From a virus (taxonomy: Duplodnaviria; Caudoviricetes), in IMG/VR virus record IMGVR_UViG_3300044513_002309, positions 1 to 41,775 of that record: a stretch of DNA of 41,775 nt; one strand, 5' to 3'. Made by a program: the position numbers and the translations under genes. Under the pieces are notes generated by a model that saw only the letters and a program-made list of their open reading frames with translations, made no database searches and was not told the origin of the DNA. This document shows positions 35,597 to 41,775 of the stretch, in pieces. Each line of letters opens with the position of its first letter. Position 1 is the first letter of the stretch.

Positions 35597-37426
35597 ATGA
35601 GTGAAAACATGAATGACGATCTTCAGAAGTTTGAGGATATTGAGGCGCTTCTTTCCGTTGAGGAGAAGGGTGCGCATGAAGACGAGAAGGGCGCTCCTTC
35701 TGTGTTCATGACCGACATCCGTTTCAAGGAGGCTGTGGAAGCAGGCGACTTGTTAGACGAAGAGGCTTTTGCTGCTCTTGATCCCGATGATCAGAAGGGC
35801 TACGAAATGATCAATGTCGTCAACGAGGAAACTAAAGAGCCTATGGGCTGGATGTTCCGTTTCAAGTCAGATGATGAAGAGACTGAAGATACTGAAGGCG
35901 AAGAGACTGAAGATGCTGAAGGCGAAGAGACTGTAGAAGAAAAGTCTGCTGATCCTGAGGATGAAGAGATGCCTGAAGACGCAGAAGACCCTGAAGAGTC
36001 TGTTGACTTGGGAGAAAAAGTAGCGTCAATCATGATGCAGATGGTTGGAGAAGAAGAAAAGATGCCTTCAGTTTTCCTAACTGATGCTCGCTTTAAGGAA
36101 ATGGAAGAGGACGAAGACCTTATTTCTGAAGAGAAGTATGCTGATCTTGATACCGACGCCAAGGATTCTTACGAAGAAGTTGATGTTTACGAAGAAGGCA
36201 CAGGCAAGGGTTACGGGAAGCGCTATCGCCGCCGTAGTCCCCTTGAAGTGAACGCAATGCGTAAGGGCGAGCATATGGAAGACGAAGAAAAGTCTGAAGA
36301 TGCGGAAGATGCTGAGGAAAAAGCAGAAAACGGTGGTGACATGACTGACATGTTTGATACCGCAGAAGAGGCACTTGAGCGTGCGGCTGCTTTAGGTTGC
36401 GAGGGCACTCATGGTGCTGGAGGCAAGTTCATGCCTTGTGCTACCCACGACGAATGGCAGAAACTCACTGCTGAAAAGCCTGAAGGTGAAGAAAAGCCTG
36501 AAGGTGAAGAGAAGTCTGAAGAGTTCCTATGCGGTTTCCAGCGTAAGTCTGTAGATCAGCCATGTGATTTCTGCGGTGGAGGTTGCGCTCCTGAAGATGG
36601 GCTTCCCGGTCTTGCTGAAATTGAAGGCATGGTTAAAGATGCCCATGCGGGCGAGATTATGTCTTCCGGTTATTCAGCAAATGACGACATGTTCGTTGTC
36701 GATGTAAAGCGTGAAGATGGTTCATGTATTGAAGTGTTCGTTTCTGGTGATGGTGACGAACTCGGATGGCTCCGAATTGACGAAACCTCTCTTGAAGGCA
36801 AGTCCGCTGAAGAGATTACAATCGTGTCGAAGGCTGATGCAGAATCAACTGCTCTTGATTCCTTCGCTTCTCTTGCTGACGGCAAGAAGGGCGAAGTTAT
36901 GAGTGTCATGGTTGATATCTTCGGTGATGAAGATGTGTACGTTGTTGAAGTTGACTCTGAAGAGAAGAGTTTTGATTTCTACGTATCAGTCGAAGGGAAA
37001 GTTCTCGGATATGACGAGTACGACCTTCTTGACGAATTTGCTTATGACATCAGTGAAGAGGATGAGATTAAGGCCCTTGAAGCCGAACTTGAAATTAAGC
37101 GTATGTATTCACGTGAACAGCGTGAGTCGATGGCAGAGTCCGGTGAAGCAATGGAAGATGGTTCTTTCCCAATTGCAGATAAGGCTGATCTAGAGAACGC
37201 TATCAAGGCATGGGGACGTGCAGGCGACAAAGAAGCCGCTAAGGCTCATATCATTAAGCGAGCCAAGGAACTTGGTGCAGAAGATATGATTCCAGAAAAC
37301 TGGAATGATGCCCCTGAGCAAACGGCTGATGAGGCCGAAGAGAAGACTGCCGAGGTTGAAGATGATTCTGCAATCCTTGAACAGTTGAACGAGTTCCGTG
37401 CACTCATGGAGGATGGTCTTTCCTGA
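35597..37426 (+). CDS. acidic multidomain head/scaffold-like protein (duplicated domain, DUF3721-like, Cys cluster, 2 PepSY-like, DUF6582-like)
   Basis: PSVF.TD.RFKE x2; LGCEGTH..GGKFMPC..H; two PepSY-like segments; DGSFPI...L.NAI...GRA...AHI.KRA..LG...IP.NW. Confidence 0.8.
   Translation: MSENMNDDLQKFEDIEALLSVEEKGAHEDEKGAPSVFMTDIRFKEAVEAGDLLDEEAFAALDPDDQKGYEMINVVNEETKEPMGWMFRFKSDDEETEDTEGEETEDAEGEETVEEKSADPEDEEMPEDAEDPEESVDLGEKVASIMMQMVGEEEKMPSVFLTDARFKEMEEDEDLISEEKYADLDTDAKDSYEEVDVYEEGTGKGYGKRYRRRSPLEVNAMRKGEHMEDEEKSEDAEDAEEKAENGGDMTDMFDTAEEALERAAALGCEGTHGAGGKFMPCATHDEWQKLTAEKPEGEEKPEGEEKSEEFLCGFQRKSVDQPCDFCGGGCAPEDGLPGLAEIEGMVKDAHAGEIMSSGYSANDDMFVVDVKREDGSCIEVFVSGDGDELGWLRIDETSLEGKSAEEITIVSKADAESTALDSFASLADGKKGEVMSVMVDIFGDEDVYVVEVDSEEKSFDFYVSVEGKVLGYDEYDLLDEFAYDISEEDEIKALEAELEIKRMYSREQRESMAESGEAMEDGSFPIADKADLENAIKAWGRAGDKEAAKAHIIKRAKELGAEDMIPENWNDAPEQTADEAEEKTAEVEDDSAILEQLNEFRALMEDGLS
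35876..35933 (+). repeat. 24-bp in-frame tandem repeat (EETED[T/A]EG, ~2.4 copies)
   Basis: GAAGAGACTGAAGATRCTGAAGGC. Confidence 0.85.
36473..36508 (+). repeat. 18-bp in-frame tandem repeat (EKPEGE x2)
   Basis: GAAAAGCCTGAAGGTGAA x2. Confidence 0.85.
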
Positions 37427-37443
37427 TTGGAGGTTAGGTTCAC

Positions 37444-37623
37444 ATGAGACCTGCTGAAGTCGGAAAGCGAATCACCCTTGCCAACGAAGCATTATTTAAC
37501 CTAGGTTCTAGAACGTTTCTTGGCTCTGCTTGGAGCCAAGAGCCTGTAGAATACATAGATAGGGACGGTGTTACTTACGAGTTCCAACCGCTAGAAGAGT
37601 TTGGGGATTTAGATGCTGACTGA
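37444..37623 (+). CDS. hypothetical protein (59 aa), absent from the ORF track
   Basis: MRPAEVGKRITLANEALFNLGSRTFLG...DAD*; GGAGG upstream. Confidence 0.65.
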   Translation: MRPAEVGKRITLANEALFNLGSRTFLGSAWSQEPVEYIDRDGVTYEFQPLEEFGDLDAD

Positions 37624-40600
37624 AATCAAAAGACCAGAAGTCGGCCCTAACGCAGACGCTCTAACAAGCCTCACACGAGGCCGTGGCCCCCGTCGTGGTA
37701 ATCTTGAAGAGTTGCTAAAGTATTGGCGACCTATCATGAAGAAGCCGGGAGGCTTTAGACGCTGTGTAGTCATTTTGATGGATAAGCCGCAGTTCGGCGG
37801 TAAGCCTCAGCGTATTTGCGCTTGGCTTCACCACGAGATTACTGGTAAGTGGCCGAACGAGGGTAAAGGTAAGCGTGGCCGTGAAGGTAAACGCCGCAGC
37901 CGCAGTGTTCGTCGTGTCAGAAGTGCTGCTCGCAGGGCCAAGTCAGACATGCTGACTCCACAAACTTTTGATATTTCTCCGTTACGTGTTGCGATTCGTG
38001 AGTCTAGAGAATTTGGTGGTATTCTAGTCCAGCCTATTGCGGGTAGACAGAATGTTGTTGAACTTAAAGCGGCGCTGTTTTCTACTTACTCGGATCGTGT
38101 TGTTGTTTCTTCTGAGATTAGCGAGAAGCGTGTTGGTGTTGTCGGCTCTAGTACTGCGGTTGGTCAGGCGGCACAGGCTGCTGGAAGTATTATTCTTCCG
38201 GGCGATATTTCAGATTTTCGCAGTCCTATCCGTTCACAGATTTATGAGACTTTGACTCCGGGTGGAGGCCGTGGTCTTCCTAGCGCACGCCGCTTGGTGC
38301 GGGGTGCCCGCCGTGGTGGTCAAGGTGCCCGAAACAAGTTCCGCTGCCCTCCGGGTTTCCAAAAAGGCGGCACGTTTACTAACGCTCAGTTCAGCACTTG
38401 CGGTGCACAGATTTTAGGTATTCCGGGTAAAGGTGTAGGTTCGCCCTCTTCGGGTGCCCAGCGTGCTTTGGCTGCTCTGGCTAGGGATGCTTCGCTCGTG
38501 CGTGAAATTGGTGATCTGCGCAGTAACCGAAACCCTTATGACATTATTCGTGCGGCACAGATTCCTGTTGCCCCCAAGAAGGGCAGCGCCACCCGACGCC
38601 AGACTTCAATCAATAATGTTTTGTCTCGTGCGGAAGAGTCAGATTTTTCAATTCGTGCGGTTCGACGTGATGGTGTTATTCTGGAGCCAGTAGTTTCCCT
38701 TCAGGCTCTCGGTAAGTTAGATGAGTTTGATGACTTGGCTGATGGCACTCTGATTGATACATATGTTAACGGTCAAATCGGTCGGGATATTGTTCCAGCG
38801 TTTTCCACAGGCTTACGAGATGTTTATGTAGATATTCCGGGTTCTGGCTCTGTCCGAATGACCCGTGTTGGTGGCGAGTTGTCGGCATCAGAGATTGATA
38901 ACTTGCGGAGAGTTTTCCCAACTTCTATTCGTCGTGCTGCTGATTTGCCTGATCCTAGTGCGGGTATTAGAGATTTTGCTGACAGGTCTAATGGCAGGTT
39001 CACTGTTGAGTTTGGTGAATTAAAGAATAATCAGTTCGACGTTTCTAATTCAAAGAATAAACTTATCCGTGTTCAGACTGCTGGTGGTAAAACGCTCACT
39101 GTTCCGCAGTGGGTTTACGAAACTTTCTTGTCTCGTTCTGCTCCACGGCGTGCAAAAGATGCCCCTGTTTACGAAATTATTTCTGAAAAGAAATCAGATA
39201 ATCCTTTCTTAATTTCAACCAAGTCTCAGATTTCTGCTTTGCCTGACATCAATACGAAGCAGGATGAAGTTGATGCTCGTGCCAGCATGTTTACGCAGAT
39301 GCTGGAAGACACAGATTTTAATGTAAAAGCACGTGCTAGTCGTGGTGCCCGAAGGGCTGCTAGGGGTGGTAGGACTCGTGCAATTTTCGATTCTAATTTG
39401 AACCGCTACCGTTGTCCTCCGGGAACACGCTACGGTGGCCGCATTTCAGACAAGTTTGGTCGTAACTGTGGTTATTCGCTTCCACGACAGATTGTAAACG
39501 AACTTGTTGATTTTGGCGTGCGTATCGAAGAGCGCTTAGATAATCGCAAGCGGCGTCGTCGTGGTGTTGATACTCAGCCGGGAGATAGGCGAGGAATGGG
39601 TCCTGATGTCCGTGCGGATTTGGATGATATTTTCAAGCGGCTTGACAATATTGAAAAAGAACTGGGTATCGCTTTCGATAAGGTAGAAGATCGTCGTCCG
39701 GGTCGTGTTGGTGCTACGATTGGTGAGCGGCGGGCACGTCAGGACTTGACTGATCGTGAGAAGGATTTGTTAGAGGGTAACGAGTTGGCTGAGGCGATTG
39801 AGGACCTTGGTCGCATTATCGACAATCCTGATTTTGACAATGCTAGCGATGAAGAGTTGCGTGAGGCATTTAATAGGGTTCAGAAAGCAGCCAACTTGGA
39901 GGCAGGTCGTTTGACCGAGACTCCTCCTCGTTCTCCTGAGCAGCGGAGTATGTCTCAGCGCATTTTGGATGCGATTGCTCGTGTGCTTAGGCGTTTGGCT
40001 GATCGTCTTGATGGTGGCCGTGGTCGTGACCGTGATCGTGATCGTGGTCGTGATCGTGGTGGTAGAGGTGCTGGTGCCCCTGATGCCCCTAATGCTCGTC
40101 GTGCCCCTCAGCCTCGTCGTCGTCGTGATCGTGATGCTGATAAGCCGTCTCTTGAAAATATTCTTGATGAGTTGCAGGATAGAGCAAGAAACTACGATGC
40201 ACAATCTGGCGGCATGACTGGTAACTTCATTGACGATTTGAATGATAGCGAACTTGATAACTTTATCCAAGGTTTGGAAGACAACCTTGAGGACTTGGGT
40301 GATGAAGGTCGTGACATGCTTGGTCGTTTGCGGGGCGAGCGTGATAGGCGTCGTCGGGATGACAACGGCGTTTTGGCTATGCTGAATGACATGCAAGACC
40401 GGCAACGGGCCTTTGATAAGATTCCGGGCGGCAAGACCGAGATGTGGGTTGATCAACTTAATGATGGCGACTTAGATAGATATATTGACGCTTTGCAGCG
40501 TGCAGACGCTGATTTTATTGGCAAAGAGGGCGCAAAGATGTTGCGTAACTTGATTGCTGAACGTGATCGTCGTAACCGTCCGCCTAAGAGCGGTGATGAT

Positions 40601-41775
40601 GTTCTTCGTGAAATCCGCAGACGTGGAAAAGCATTTGATGTTGTTTCTGGCGGCATGACTGCTGACTTTGTTGCTGATCTTGATGACAGTGAGTTAAACC
40701 GGTTCATCGGAGGTCTTCGTCGCCACGAACTTGGTGATGAAGGCCGAGACATGCTGGAACGTTTAGAAGCCGAAAAACTTTTACGGGAAGGCCCGCCTCG
40801 CCCTCATCGTCGCCGTATTGAAAATATCAATATTGGTCGCCGTGCGGCTGGCGGACGCAATCGTCGTAGGGATATTGCTGCGTTTGAGGAGTTAACTCCA
40901 GATAATCGTCGTAACTTACGGCATCAGGCTGGTGTAGAGTTTGACGAGTTGGCTGAAGAGTGGCGTGTTGCTTTAGGTGCGGACGATATTAATGGTTTCT
41001 CCGAAAATGATATGCGGAACTTTGTTGCACGAAAAGTTAAGAACAACGATGAAGACGCCCGTGTGTGGCGTCGCCGTTACAACGATTATCTTGAGTTAAA
41101 TGAACTTAACCGAAAGTTGGAAGCGGCTGAAACTGATGAAGATGTAGATAATGCTTTGCGTGAGCATGTTGGCCGTCTTGCCGCCAACCGTAGAGATTCG
41201 ATTGTTAACGCTCGTGACGTGAATGCCGCTGACCGGCCAAACCGGAATAGTGGAAGTGAGCGCCGGGGCGATCCTGAGCCTCCTCCCGGTGACTGGGTGG
41301 AATTGATTCAAGAAATCAATGAAGTTGACCGTGCTGGAAATATCCAATACTACAACGATGCTGAGTTGAATGATCGAATCGACATTCTTGACGCAGAGTA
41401 TAACCGCTACGGTGCACGTGGTGACCTAGATGGTCCTCCGCCACGTCGTTTGACTCAAGCACGTGATAAAATGCGTAGAGAGCGTGACCGCAGGAATGCA
41501 GGAGCACCTGATGGGGATAACAACATTCCTGAACCACCAGAAGACCGTACCCCTCCCGGAGACATAGAGCAGCGAGTCGGTAATGTTCTTCAGATGAGGG
41601 CAGCAGATTTCGAGAATATGGGAATTGACGAAATTGCGGCCTTGCAAAGATCAATTGGCCGTGATATTAACCGTAGGCGTAACGAAGGTGTAGATGTTCC
41701 TGAGTCCTTTGAGCGTGCTGATCGTCGTTTAAGAGATCAGATTGATGTGCTTGGTCGCATACAGCAGTTCCAAGT
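37613..41775 (+). CDS. very large multidomain virion-associated protein (>1380 aa, truncated at the window end)
   Basis: Open frame from ATG 37613 (spot-checked in frame to the end); N-terminal KYW..PGGFRRCV..CAWLHH..TG.WP domain, two RCPPG..GG..CG motifs, three ~70-aa repeats. Confidence 0.8.
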   Translation, partial: MLTEIKRPEVGPNADALTSLTRGRGPRRGNLEELLKYWRPIMKKPGGFRRCVVILMDKPQFGGKPQRICAWLHHEITGKWPNEGKGKRGREGKRRSRSVRRVRSAARRAKSDMLTPQTFDISPLRVAIRESREFGGILVQPIAGRQNVVELKAALFSTYSDRVVVSSEISEKRVGVVGSSTAVGQAAQAAGSIILPGDISDFRSPIRSQIYETLTPGGGRGLPSARRLVRGARRGGQGARNKFRCPPGFQKGGTFTNAQFSTCGAQILGIPGKGVGSPSSGAQRALAALARDASLVREIGDLRSNRNPYDIIRAAQIPVAPKKGSATRRQTSINNVLSRAEESDFSIRAVRRDGVILEPVVSLQALGKLDEFDDLADGTLIDTYVNGQIGRDIVPAFSTGLRDVYVDIPGSGSVRMTRVGGELSASEIDNLRRVFPTSIRRAADLPDPSAGIRDFADRSNGRFTVEFGELKNNQFDVSNSKNKLIRVQTAGGKTLTVPQWVYETFLSRSAPRRAKDAPVYEIISEKKSDNPFLISTKSQISALPDINTKQDEVDARASMFTQMLEDTDFNVKARASRGARRAARGGRTRAIFDSNLNRYRCPPGTRYGGRISDKFGRNCGYSLPRQIVNELVDFGVRIEERLDNRKRRRRGVDTQPGDRRGMGPDVRADLDDIFKRLDNIEKELGIAFDKVEDRRPGRVGATIGERRARQDLTDREKDLLEGNELAEAIEDLGRIIDNPDFDNASDEELREAFNRVQKAANLEAGRLTETPPRSPEQRSMSQRILDAIARVLRRLADRLDGGRGRDRDRDRGRDRGGRGAGAPDAPNARRAPQPRRRRDRDADKPSLENILDELQDRARNYDAQSGGMTGNFIDDLNDSELDNFIQGLEDNLEDLGDEGRDMLGRLRGERDRRRRDDNGVLAMLNDMQDRQRAFDKIPGGKTEMWVDQLNDGDLDRYIDALQRADADFIGKEGAKMLRNLIAERDRRNRPPKSGDDVLREIRRRGKAFDVVSGGMTADFVADLDDSELNRFIGGLRRHELGDEGRDMLERLEAEKLLREGPPRPHRRRIENINIGRRAAGGRNRRRDIAAFEELTPDNRRNLRHQAGVEFDELAEEWRVALGADDINGFSENDMRNFVARKVKNNDEDARVWRRRYNDYLELNELNRKLEAAETDEDVDNALREHVGRLAANRRDSIVNARDVNAADRPNRNSGSERRGDPEPPPGDWVELIQEINEVDRAGNIQYYNDAELNDRIDILDAEYNRYGARGDLDGPPPRRLTQARDKMRRERDRRNAGAPDGDNNIPEPPEDRTPPGDIEQRVGNVLQMRAADFENMGIDEIAALQRSIGRDINRRRNEGVDVPESFERADRRLRDQIDVLGRIQQFQ

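Noticed and set aside
39770-40752. Minus-strand ORFs of 228, 80 and 99 aa
   Set aside because: Antisense shadows of the giant plus-strand ORF.
1-41775. Alternative genetic code or stop-codon reassignment
   Set aside because: Genes are full length under the standard bacterial code, and TAA, TAG and TGA are all used as stops.

Overview
A 41.8-kb segment of a large tailed dsDNA phage (or prophage) most likely infecting Actinomycetota. The host inference rests on WhiB, an r1t-type holin, many leaderless sigma-A promoters and a Thr-stalk surface protein reminiscent of Acidimicrobiia. Left (mostly minus strand): HARP/SNF2 helicase cut by the window edge, PhyH dioxygenase, HDAC-family deacetylase, thyX, HAD protein, dTDP-glucose 4,6-dehydratase, primase-helicase, G39P-like protein, ssb, tdk. 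Middle: a mucin-like secreted protein with holin-like genes, recA, a LicD/cytidylyltransferase/DUF3307 operon, and whiB. Then a long plus-strand run: Rad52-like SSAP, PD-(D/E)XK nuclease, glycosyltransferase, HNH proteins, methyltransferases, ParB/PAPS-reductase/ParB (IbrAB-like), MazG, DUF932, 2OG oxygenase. Right: inverted terL plus ferredoxin, portal, MuF, HK97-type prohead protease, an acidic multidomain head protein and a >1380-aa ORF running off the end. No major capsid gene, tRNA or CRISPR array was seen. Most notable observations: (1) a likely programmed -1 frameshift (C CCU UUU) fusing portal to MuF; (2) promoter-driven structured intergenic RNAs, two with loops complementary to the 5' ends of other phage transcripts, and one ~400-nt multibranch RNA; (3) an extreme G+T strand-bias gradient at the left end; (4) head proteins that look like Lys-cleaved polyproteins carrying PepSY-, DUF3721- and DUF6582-like modules. 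All family calls are by motif recognition only; no searches were run.
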